DNA of 52,423 nt, taken from positions 1-52,423 of the IMG/VR virus record IMGVR_UViG_3300001918_000036; one strand, written 5' to 3'. The notes under the pieces were generated by a model. It was given only the letters and a program-made list of their open reading frames with translations, was not told where the DNA came from and made no database searches. Source of the stretch: a virus. Lineage: Duplodnaviria > Caudoviricetes. Position numbers and translations under genes: made by a program. Numbering within the stretch: position 1 is the first letter of the stretch; the number at the start of each line of letters is the position of its first letter. Positions 44,120 through 52,423 of the stretch are shown in pieces.

Positions 44120-44836
44120 TCAACGCGGCTTAATTGTGAGGGTAAAGATTCCCATTTCCTTAATCACGTTGAGAGTTGCCTGTTTATCAGAAAAAGTTGT
44201 AGATGCTTCGGTTGAAGCGCCATTAGCCATTGCCACAATTTGGTCGTTGAACCAGGTCGGACCATCTATCCATTCGGGAGCGGCGTGTTTAATAAAACCC
44301 AAAGTGTAGGCAACGTTTAAATTTCTTGCCTGAGTATCATCATTAGGGATGCCAATCAAGATTGAAGCGCTTACCAATTCACTGGATGGGCCAATGAGTT
44401 CAATCGTTGCCAAACGATTACGAGAAGTTCCCATCACTCGTGGTTGGCTAGCCACGCTGGAGGACGATTCAAACGTAAATCCTATTTCTGATTGCTCAAA
44501 AATAGACTGAATGGCCGTTCGGCTGACGCCAATTCCAGGCGATCGCACCACCTGAGGTGTTGGTGAAGGTGCAACAGAAGGCGAGGGAGGTGCTGCGGTT
44601 GTAGCAGGTGAGGCCACTACGACTGGTTGAGGAGATGCTGTTGTAGATGGAGGCTCAGACTTAGGGGCGGTAAGGCCCGTGAGCAGCAATGACGCGAAAA
44701 AAGTACCACCCCAAACTTTCATGGATAACTGTCGAGTGGGCTTTTCAACCTTAGGAAGAACCCAGCGAGGCTTAATTAAACCAACGAAAAATGTCGGAAC
44801 CGAGGCTAGAAAAATCAAGGCAAAAAGAGAAGCCAC
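44120..44836 (-). CDS. Membrane-anchored protein with a P/S/T linker and an extracytoplasmic domain
   Basis: Two N-terminal TM segments; GAGG RBS. Confidence 0.7.
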   Translation of the reverse strand: MASLFALIFLASVPTFFVGLIKPRWVLPKVEKPTRQLSMKVWGGTFFASLLLTGLTAPKSEPPSTTASPQPVVVASPATTAAPPSPSVAPSPTPQVVRSPGIGVSRTAIQSIFEQSEIGFTFESSSSVASQPRVMGTSRNRLATIELIGPSSELVSASILIGIPNDDTQARNLNVAYTLGFIKHAAPEWIDGPTWFNDQIVAMANGASTEASTTFSDKQATLNVIKEMGIFTLTIKPR

Positions 44837-45053
44837 AGCCTTACCTCTCAGGGGTTTGTTTGCTGCCCTTTAAAGTGCCCAATCACCAGAAACTCTAACG
44901 GCCATAAAAAGGGAGCGATCGCCCCCAAACAACCGCCCCAACAAACAAGCCCCCTTTTGGGTACCTCAATACTACCCGCCCTCACTGGGTTGCTCACGGT
45001 CTACTGGAGGAACCGATGCCTGGGGGCGAAAGACGGCGGTGGCGATCGCCCCT

Positions 45054-45269
45054 TCAACAGTCATCACAATCGCTATTTACAAGAGCTTCAAGCTGTGACC
45101 GTTGAAACGGACCTAAAACACCACGGCGGTAAGCATTGTTCAATATGGCGATCGCAGCGCTGATGGCGTGCGCTTCCCACAGTTCTATCTGCTCCTGTCC
45201 AGTAGAGATTTTGTAGAACCCATTTGCTGTACTAACTACAAGCTCCCCATCAATCCAGATGTCATTCAT
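45054..45269 (-). CDS. Small hypothetical protein
   Basis: GAGG RBS. Confidence 0.55.
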   Translation of the reverse strand: MNDIWIDGELVVSTANGFYKISTGQEQIELWEAHAISAAIAILNNAYRRGVLGPFQRSQLEALVNSDCDDC

Positions 45270-45281
45270 AGCGATCGCCTC

Positions 45282-45917
45282 TCACCCCTTCTTCAGCTTT
45301 TTCTCACACCGCTCTATCCGCTTCTCCCAATCCCCCGCCCAGCCTTGCTCCTGAGCCAGCCTGCAAATCTGAATGGCACTGGCATAATCCTTCTGCTTTT
45401 CCAGAATGATCGCCAATTGCTCAAACCCTACATGGGTAGGCAGGTTGAAGACACTCTCAGGCAATCGCTCATCAGAATGTTTAGCGAGATCCCTCGCTTC
45501 TTTTTGAAACAACTTGGCTACCTGGGGAGCAATGGCAACTTGTTTTCTACATGCATCAATTGCTATTTCTAGGGCCGCTGGATCTTCACGGTCTTTGTAG
45601 TAGACCTGCACCACCTGCTGATAGGTGAAGTGCAGCCCCATCAAATCATTCTCCGTCAGGCTCACTTCCTCAGCTTTGGCCAGGATACGTCGGACGATCG
45701 AGCGATCGCCCGGCTTCTTAAACCACGTTGCCAAGCCTGAAAACAACATAGCTGGGCTGATCGTCCTGCCACTGATCTTGCCCTGGCTTAACGGTCGCGA
45801 TCCTGGTTCACCCCCCAGCGGCTGGTAAACCTGCTCAATGTACTCTCTCTCTGCTGCGGTGAAGGTGGAAAGCCACCAGTCAGTCAGGCCGTAATACTCA
45901 ATCTGCCCAGCGATCAT
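45282..45917 (-). CDS. Helical (TPR-like) hypothetical protein
   Basis: FEQLAIILEKQKDYASAIQICRLA motif; start uncertain. Confidence 0.65.
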   Translation of the reverse strand: MIAGQIEYYGLTDWWLSTFTAAEREYIEQVYQPLGGEPGSRPLSQGKISGRTISPAMLFSGLATWFKKPGDRSIVRRILAKAEEVSLTENDLMGLHFTYQQVVQVYYKDREDPAALEIAIDACRKQVAIAPQVAKLFQKEARDLAKHSDERLPESVFNLPTHVGFEQLAIILEKQKDYASAIQICRLAQEQGWAGDWEKRIERCEKKLKKG

Positions 45918-46163
45918 AATCTGATATAAAAAACAGGTTTTAGTTAGTTGATATCTTGTCAACTTGTTACCAAGTTATTGTCTAAATCTTGACTCGAAAA
46001 TTATGCGCTTTCACTGCTAGATTCTTTACCCTGTAAGACATTGGAAACTTCTTTCTCTTAAGAAAAGCCGTTTTTTCCATAAGTAAGAGTAGAATATTCT
46101 TTCCCCTGACGTGTGTTCCCTCCTTGTTCGGTTACGCCCCTAACCTGAAAGTTGTGATGGAGT

Positions 46164-46412
46164 ATGGATCCTGCAAAGTCACTTGCTGTCTCTTTGGGAC
46201 TGCCGTTCTTAGCTGATTGCAAGATTTCTGAAGAGACTGAAAAACTGATAATTTCACCCCCCAACAGCAGCATCTACCAGAAAGTTTTAGACCACGGGGA
46301 AGCTATCCTTAAGGCCGCTCAAAGTAAGGGTCAGAGCTTGATTGTCCAGTACAGAGATTGCGACGGCGACCACACTGTTCGCTGGCCTATAAATCAGAGA
46401 TTACGCACTTGA
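46164..46412 (+). CDS. Small hypothetical protein
   Basis: GGAG RBS; convergent with the repressor gene. Confidence 0.5.
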   Translation: MDPAKSLAVSLGLPFLADCKISEETEKLIISPPNSSIYQKVLDHGEAILKAAQSKGQSLIVQYRDCDGDHTVRWPINQRLRT

Positions 46413-46955
46413 ATTAGGCAAGGGTGCATCCTCTGCCATTCCATAAGCACGCCCTAAGGGCAACGGATTTCCATCCTCAAAAAGAACGCCCATTCTTAGA
46501 AGCTGGCCCACAGTAGGCCGTTGCCCTGAAAGAATCGCTTCGAGATCTCTGGGCTTCATACTGAGCTTTTTTGCAAAGTCCTCAACACTCTGCCTTCCTT
46601 TCTTTTTCAGCAATAGTGCTACAGCCTCTGGATAGGCAGTTTTTGCCGGGTCTGGAGTTGCTAATGCTGGTGGCTGCTTCATCTCACACGCAATCTCATT
46701 GAAGTCCTGTGCAGTCAAAGGGTTTCCCTCGTTGTCTGTAAACAGCTTCAATTCAGCGATCGCAAAAATCAGGTCAAGCCGCAAATACGTAGCCTTGCCA
46801 CCTACAAGCCTGTGAATGGCATCATTATTTGTCTTGAAGCCAATCGCAGCAAGCCGATCAACCAGGTCTATCTGTTGTAAATCAGCTTCCTCCAATTGCC
46901 TTCGCAAATATGCACCTAAGACACGGACTCCTTCTGGTGTGATGTTCCGTCCCAT
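46401..46955 (-). CDS. XRE-type repressor candidate (two HTH-like units)
   Basis: LRRQLEEADLQQIDLVDRL and SVEDFAKKLSMKPRDLEAILSGQRPT; divergent from the replication operon. Confidence 0.65.
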   Translation of the reverse strand: MGRNITPEGVRVLGAYLRRQLEEADLQQIDLVDRLAAIGFKTNNDAIHRLVGGKATYLRLDLIFAIAELKLFTDNEGNPLTAQDFNEIACEMKQPPALATPDPAKTAYPEAVALLLKKKGRQSVEDFAKKLSMKPRDLEAILSGQRPTVGQLLRMGVLFEDGNPLPLGRAYGMAEDAPLPNSSA

Positions 46956-47081
46956 GTACAGCCCCGAACAGCACAGCTACATCAGAATAATCTTTCACTA
47001 ATTACTGTCCTCGTAAGGTGTAGATTGCTGATCTTTTGCTTGCTAATTGCATATTTCTGATCTACGATCGCCTCAGCGCAA

Positions 47082-47285
47082 ATGCACAAAAACACAAGCG
47101 CACAAGGAGGCAAGGTGAGTAGCTCAAGACTTCACGTTCAGGTACCTGAAGACTTAGACCGGGAAATTCGCATTTATGCGGCCAGCAATCGCATGAGGTT
47201 GAACGAGGTCGCGACCGAAGCCTTTGAGATGTATCTCAACGCAAAAAAGCCCCCACAGGAAGCACCGATCTCGATCGCTTCCTAG
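47082..47285 (+). CDS. Ribbon-helix-helix protein (Cro-equivalent position)
   Basis: RLHVQVPEDLDREIRIYAASNRMRLNEVATEAFEMYL. Confidence 0.75.
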   Translation: MHKNTSAQGGKVSSSRLHVQVPEDLDREIRIYAASNRMRLNEVATEAFEMYLNAKKPPQEAPISIAS

Positions 47286-47390
47286 GACAATCCCAACCTG
47301 CAAAAAAGCTCAAAAAACAGAGATAGCCGCCCACTTCCCCAAGCGTTGCGGCTATCTCTTCATCCCCCAGCTACAACAACCAGAGGATTT

Positions 47391-47615
47391 ATGCAATTAA
47401 CAGAAGTACATACAACTGTATCACCTCAGGTCTCGGATGGGTTGCAGCCCGTTCAACGGACTCTAGAAAACCTGCTGGCACTTTCTGATCTTGACGAATA
47501 CGAGAGAACGCTACTGACCTGGCTCTGTTACCGCCCCGACCCCCTCATCAAAGTGGATGAGCTGATGGCGATCGCCAAGATTCGGGATATCCACATGGGG
47601 AGGGGTGAGCAATGA
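47391..47615 (+). CDS. Hypothetical protein
   Basis: GAGG RBS before ATG 47391. Confidence 0.55.
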   Translation: MQLTEVHTTVSPQVSDGLQPVQRTLENLLALSDLDEYERTLLTWLCYRPDPLIKVDELMAIAKIRDIHMGRGEQ

Positions 47616-48445
47616 CTTGGGACCGCGCCCCCATGCTACAGCGCTGCTGCACATGCCTGGAATTACGGCAAATCGTCCGATGGAAGGGTAATCGCAAGTT
47701 CTGCAAGGGTTGTGCAGATGAACGCGATCGCCTTGCCTGTCGAAGCTACACAGACCCCAGCGTCATCCAACCCTATAACACCCAGCGGCGAAGCACCAAC
47801 GATCTTCCGACCGCTACAGCTTTCGCCAACAAACCCAAGGAGTCTGCCATGAGTAAGCCTCGGAAAACCGAAGCCGAGATCCGCGCGGCTATTCAAGACG
47901 CTCTGACAGAGCTATCAGCAGAGGGAAAACCCTTCAACCTCTACCAACTCTCTGGCAGAGCAGGTATCGCCAATTCTCTGCTGTTCGACAAGAAATACGC
48001 CGACCTGAAGAAACAGGCCCGAGAAGTCATCGATCAACTCGGTGGCAAAAAGAAGGTCAATCAGCCCGTGGAAGATCCCACCTACACGGCCCTTCAAGAG
48101 GAATTGGAGGCAACCCGCCAACGCAATGCAGAGCTGCGGCAACAGTTGGCTGAGATGCAGGAGCAATTGCAGTCCAAACCCGGAGTGGAGGCGGTTGAAG
48201 TATTCCGCCCTACCACCTGGCTGGAAGGCCAAGCCCAGGCGTGGAAGGATGCGATCGCCGATTACGAGCAGGAGTTGGAAGTTATTCAATCCGACCTCGA
48301 ATCAGCCAGGTCGAACCTCGCCGCAGTCGAGCGGTTACTGGAACTAACCGAAGTGCCAGAGGCAGTGGTAACGATGGAGGCCATCAATGCCGCTCTGGGC
48401 AACTATCCCAACGGCAAAGCCACAACCGCAGACCTTGAATCTTAA
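47612..48445 (+). CDS. HTH plus coiled-coil protein with a possible N-terminal Zn ribbon
   Basis: CTC/CKGC motifs; internal AAGGAG-ATG at 47849 starts a DUF6262/TnpC-like HTH; long coiled coil. Confidence 0.6.
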   Translation: MTWDRAPMLQRCCTCLELRQIVRWKGNRKFCKGCADERDRLACRSYTDPSVIQPYNTQRRSTNDLPTATAFANKPKESAMSKPRKTEAEIRAAIQDALTELSAEGKPFNLYQLSGRAGIANSLLFDKKYADLKKQAREVIDQLGGKKKVNQPVEDPTYTALQEELEATRQRNAELRQQLAEMQEQLQSKPGVEAVEVFRPTTWLEGQAQAWKDAIADYEQELEVIQSDLESARSNLAAVERLLELTEVPEAVVTMEAINAALGNYPNGKATTADLES

Positions 48446-48531
48446 ACCTTGCTGGGGCGACACACTCACACCACTTGCCGCGATCGCCCCTTTCCTCTTC
48501 GTTCGTTTTCAGTTCGTTTGGAGTTCCCCTC

Positions 48532-51500
48532 ATGACCTACACCGGATCGCAGGAGATTAGACAGGAAGCATCTTCCTCAGTTCCCTGTCCTCTTTGCGAA
48601 CGTGATCATTACTGCTACCTGTTCCTGGATGTGCAGGGGCAGGTTTTTAAGAGCATTTGTCAGTGGACCGACCACCCACCCGAGGGTTGGGATAGGGTGG
48701 GTACCGCCAAGGATAACCGTGGCATTTTCTGCCGACAGGGCTACAACCGTAGCCAGCGGCGCACATTCCCTGATTACCTCACTTTGAGTCCTCGCGACTT
48801 TGGGGATATTCCCCAGTGGCAACCGACTGACCCTGGCGATCGCCCCATTATTGCGGGTGACTTGGTTCTCTTCCACTCCGGAGTTCCGGAGGGTGTCTGG
48901 GTGGTAGTGAAAACTCGCGGGGGTAAACACCAGGGGCAGCACCAAATCCTGGTCACAGTTCGCCGCCCTGATACCCATCACGGTGGCATGGAGGTACCAG
49001 AGTCGGATTTGGCGATCGCCACCACTGATCCAACCACTGGGGCCGTTGAGCACTTCATTGAGTACCACTACCACGGAGCAGATCTGCTGCCACTGGGAAA
49101 AGTCGTGCGTACCCAGTGGACTGACCGACGGCGGGCATATGAAAAATTCCGCAAGTCAAAGCAGATTCGCCCCTATCACTGGCTTGGCTCCCAGGCTGAA
49201 GGCTTCTGGAGTTCTGGAAAGGGCGATCGACCTTGGCCCCTGTACCGTGAAATTGAGGCCAAAGATGAAATCCTCAGAGGTGGAGTCGTGTTCGCCGTCG
49301 CGGGTGAACAGGCTGTGGAAACATACCGTGCTATGGGGCTGGTTGCAACCTCCTGCCAGGGTGGCGAATCGAACTTTAAGGACTTCATTGAGCGACTAGA
49401 AGCTGTATTCCAGGAAGCTAAGGGCTTACAACTCAAGCCCGTTTTGGTAATTCACCCCGACCACGACCTTACGGGTGAAACCAAGTTTGCGGAGTTACTG
49501 AAGGAATGCGAATTCAAGAAGATTCCAGCGGTGATGCTCGAACCGCTGGATCTCTGGAATGAGCTTCCCCCTGGGGGCGACATCTGGGATGTCGTCAATC
49601 GCAGCGGCATGAATACCGCCACGATCTTGCAACGGCTCGAAGGTGCGGTGGATGAAGCCATTGATAGGCAGGAAGGCGAGATATTCGCCCGCCAACAGCG
49701 TGAGCGCTGGCAGGCCCCTGAAGTCTACCGGGGGGAGTTGGGCTACTGGCGTGAGGATAAAGAGACTGGGAAGCGGTACTTTCGACCCCAGGCTGATTTT
49801 GATTTTCAGGTGGAGCGCGAGCTGATTTCTGAAGACGGCGGTGGGTTGGTGCTCCAAATCAAACGCACCGACGATTCCAGCCAGCGCCGGGTTTACATCA
49901 AATCCGCAGAGTATAGCTCCACTCAGCTTTTCACCAACGCCCTGAAACGAAGCCTGGGTGGTGGTGTGGTGTGCAACCTATCCAGCGATCGCCTGCAAGC
50001 CCTCATCCGTGTGCGGCTGCACGAATACCGCACCACACGCAGGGGCAAAGCTTATCGACTCATCGACCGCATCGGCCAGCAACCAGACGGTTGCTGGGTT
50101 TTTGAGCACATCCAATTCACCAAACACGGTGAGTCAACTAATGAAGATAGGAGTTTGTGGGTGTTTAATCCAGAAATCACGGGCAACAATGCCCATTTCA
50201 AACCACCAGCTATCCCACCGCATGACCCAGGAGCATTGCCCAAACTCGTTGCTGCAATGCAACGGGCCTTCGGCTCCAACTTTGCCCCGGCCATGCTGAC
50301 GTTGGGCTATGCCGCCGCCGCCTGCCACTATCAGGAGATTCAGGAGAAAGAGGGAGCCTTCCCCATCCTGAACCTGTACGGTGACCCAGGGAGCGGCAAA
50401 ACCACCGCTGCTGAATGTGCCCTTTCCCTGGTGGGCCAGCACAAGGAAGGCATGATGGTCGAGGTTTCAGTTTCAGCCGCCTACGAGCGACTGAAACTTG
50501 CTGGGGGCCTGCTGCACTGCCTGGATGACCCAAAGCGTGATGAGCTGCTGGATGAGTTCCTGAAGGGCTTCTACAACGCCAAAGCCAGGGTGGTCAGGGG
50601 CAAAGATGCCGCTGGTTTCAACACTCAGAAACCACATAGCCCCCTAATGGTGACTTCAAACCATGCGTGTGGGGAGAACAGCGCGGCCACCCAGAGCCGC
50701 CTGGTTCGTCTTTTCTTCCCCAAGACAACTGACGGCGATGGCTCCGCATTTCGGGAGCTGCCACGACTTCAGGAAGAGGCCAGCGCCTGCTTCACTGACC
50801 TGGTGAAACTGGGCTATCCAGCAGAGGCCATCTACGAGCTGGAACAAGAAATTGCAGAGCATGTCCCCAATGCCCACTTAAGGATCGCCAAATCCCTGGC
50901 TTTGGTACTTTGCTATGCCATGCGGGTTGCAGCTCTGGCTGGAATCGACGGTCAAATCCTGAAGGACTACGTGATGAACGTAGTCGCCGCCCAGGTGAAC
51001 GACCCTGATGAATCTGGGGATTCGCTGAGAGACTTCCTGGAGAAGGTATTCACCCTGGAGTCCGAGGCCAAAATTGGTGAGTGGAATTTCCGGTGGGTGG
51101 AAAAGAAGGATGGCGATCGCGCCCTCACCATCTACATGCCTGGTGTATGGGCGGCTCTTGATAAGAATTTCAAGGTTTCCTACAACAAGCGCATCATTGA
51201 AGCCCTGCTGCAATCGAAGGGACTGAGCAAGACACGGGGCAACTTCGACAGTGACGAGGATCAATCCCGGCACTACAAACGGATGAAGCTCACCATGAAT
51301 GAGGAGAGCTTAGCCGACTGCAAGCCAGAGCGAACCACCCGATGGTGCTACGAACTTCCTGCTTCCCTCCTGAAGGAGTACAGCGAAAAGTCTGGAAGCT
51401 CACAAAAAAGATCATCAAGATCATCAGCCGATTTTGAAGAGCCTCAAGGCATTGATACGCCTAGCGAGGAGGTTGATGATCTAAAAGATCATCAGAGATC

Positions 51501-52041
51501 ATCAGAGATCATCAAGGCCCCCACGCCTGAAAATGCCGCCCAGGGGTCTGATGATCTTTTTGCCCCCGTGATGACATCTGATGATCTCATAGATCATCAA
51601 CCTCAACCCCAAGCAGAGCATGGGGTTGATGCCTCTCAAAAGGACGTGATGATCTTGATGATCTCAAATACGCCTACCCCCCAACCTAGCTTTACAACCG
51701 TTAACAATCCCTCAGCAAGCTCCGGAACTCCGGAGGCGATCGCCACAGAGATCGCCCCTGGTGACTTCGTTGTGATTTCAGCCAGTGGAAGTTGGATTAA
51801 GGCCGGGAGCGATCGCATCGAATGGAACGACATTCCCCACGGCTTCCGTGACCGGGAAACGAAGGAAGTACCCCTGAGCCGCTTCGAGGATATGGAGTTG
51901 CTGCAAGAACTGACAGACCGCTCGCTGGTGATTGGCATCTCTGAGGATGGCAAGCGGGTGAGGGTTCGTAACTGCACCACGAACCGAATCAGCGTGTTTG
52001 GGCGAGGGTTTGTCCACCTAATCAAGAAAGGAGGCTCCTGA
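48532..52041 (+). CDS. Primase-helicase (Zn finger, TOPRIM-like, DUF927-like/P-loop NTPase)
   Basis: CPLCERDHYC; AGEQAV...PDHD; GGDIWD; YGDPGSGKT; LDD; VTSN. Confidence 0.85.
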   Translation: MTYTGSQEIRQEASSSVPCPLCERDHYCYLFLDVQGQVFKSICQWTDHPPEGWDRVGTAKDNRGIFCRQGYNRSQRRTFPDYLTLSPRDFGDIPQWQPTDPGDRPIIAGDLVLFHSGVPEGVWVVVKTRGGKHQGQHQILVTVRRPDTHHGGMEVPESDLAIATTDPTTGAVEHFIEYHYHGADLLPLGKVVRTQWTDRRRAYEKFRKSKQIRPYHWLGSQAEGFWSSGKGDRPWPLYREIEAKDEILRGGVVFAVAGEQAVETYRAMGLVATSCQGGESNFKDFIERLEAVFQEAKGLQLKPVLVIHPDHDLTGETKFAELLKECEFKKIPAVMLEPLDLWNELPPGGDIWDVVNRSGMNTATILQRLEGAVDEAIDRQEGEIFARQQRERWQAPEVYRGELGYWREDKETGKRYFRPQADFDFQVERELISEDGGGLVLQIKRTDDSSQRRVYIKSAEYSSTQLFTNALKRSLGGGVVCNLSSDRLQALIRVRLHEYRTTRRGKAYRLIDRIGQQPDGCWVFEHIQFTKHGESTNEDRSLWVFNPEITGNNAHFKPPAIPPHDPGALPKLVAAMQRAFGSNFAPAMLTLGYAAAACHYQEIQEKEGAFPILNLYGDPGSGKTTAAECALSLVGQHKEGMMVEVSVSAAYERLKLAGGLLHCLDDPKRDELLDEFLKGFYNAKARVVRGKDAAGFNTQKPHSPLMVTSNHACGENSAATQSRLVRLFFPKTTDGDGSAFRELPRLQEEASACFTDLVKLGYPAEAIYELEQEIAEHVPNAHLRIAKSLALVLCYAMRVAALAGIDGQILKDYVMNVVAAQVNDPDESGDSLRDFLEKVFTLESEAKIGEWNFRWVEKKDGDRALTIYMPGVWAALDKNFKVSYNKRIIEALLQSKGLSKTRGNFDSDEDQSRHYKRMKLTMNEESLADCKPERTTRWCYELPASLLKEYSEKSGSSQKRSSRSSADFEEPQGIDTPSEEVDDLKDHQRSSEIIKAPTPENAAQGSDDLFAPVMTSDDLIDHQPQPQAEHGVDASQKDVMILMISNTPTPQPSFTTVNNPSASSGTPEAIATEIAPGDFVVISASGSWIKAGSDRIEWNDIPHGFRDRETKEVPLSRFEDMELLQELTDRSLVIGISEDGKRVRVRNCTTNRISVFGRGFVHLIKKGGS
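51409..51707. repeat. AGATCATCA/TGATGATCT iteron array with overall dyad symmetry; putative replication origin
   Basis: About 11 nonamers inside the low-complexity 3' part of the primase gene. Confidence 0.75.
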
Positions 52042-52042
52042 T

Positions 52043-52423
52043 ATGCCGATGGAGCGCGATCGCTACCCGCGTCAGTGGCGAAAGATCGCCCGTGCCTATA
52101 AGACCTTGCGGGAGTGGAGGTGTGAGGACTGTGGCCGGGAATGTCGATGCCCAACTGAGGACTTTTCAGACTTCATTGAGCGAATTCGTACAGCCCGGAT
52201 GTCTGAATGTCCTGTAGTGGCTGAATTCTTCGAGGCCCCCACCCGATTTGTTCTTACGGTTGCCCATCTGAATCAAGACCCAGGTGACAACCGCATGGCC
52301 AATCTCCGTGCCCTTTGCTCCGTTTGCCATCTCCGTTATGATGCGCCGTTTCGTGAAGCCAACCGGATGGCAAAGCGAGAACGGCATGGCCAGTTAACAC
52401 TTCCCCTCTCTGAAAACCTATGA
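52043..52423 (+). CDS. HNH endonuclease
   Basis: CEDC...LTVAHL.QDP.DN...NLRALCSVCHLRYD. Confidence 0.88.
   Translation: MPMERDRYPRQWRKIARAYKTLREWRCEDCGRECRCPTEDFSDFIERIRTARMSECPVVAEFFEAPTRFVLTVAHLNQDPGDNRMANLRALCSVCHLRYDAPFREANRMAKRERHGQLTLPLSENL

Larger units (their letters stand above)
1..52423. mobile_element. Temperate myovirus-like cyanophage (prophage or phage-plasmid); element ends not visible
   Basis: Complete terminase-portal-capsid-contractile tail set, plus lysis, regulation and replication genes; dense HIP1 sites; no host housekeeping genes. Confidence 0.93.

Noticed and set aside
1-52423. tRNA/rRNA genes, canonical parS/ParAB, IS elements
   Set aside because: None recognised by eye; tRNAscan-SE and profile searches would be needed to exclude them

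Overview
The window is a near-complete temperate cyanobacterial myovirus-like element. HIP1 (GCGATCGC) is dense throughout the core, which points to a cyanobacterial host. Left part (minus strand, 1-31.8 kb): P2/Mu-type contractile tail and baseplate genes (fibre, I, J, W, PAAR, V, D, X, U, tape measure, E/E', tube, sheath), head-tail genes, a GH24 endolysin, major capsid, scaffold, a MuF protein with a C-terminal metallopeptidase, portal and a PBSX-type terminase. Several HIP1-free morons interrupt this block. Right part: HU, a Xer-like tyrosine recombinase beside a dif-like 28-bp site, a SigF/SigJ-like sigma factor, three divergent regulator switches, a membrane-protein operon ending in an FtsK/TraB-like ATPase followed by a phased GTAAGG repeat array, and a primase-helicase with an internal GATC-rich iteron array. 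Most notable signals: (1) a candidate Streptomyces TraB/clt-like DNA-transfer module inside a phage; (2) a 9-site RGGAAYNNT late-promoter regulon that fits the phage sigma factor; (3) a second, inverted half-copy of the putative origin 48 kb away in the baseplate operon, reminiscent of P4 ori/crr; (4) five dispersed CTCCGGA-NN-TCCGGAG palindromes. Together these suggest a phage-plasmid. All family calls are by eye; no searches were run.
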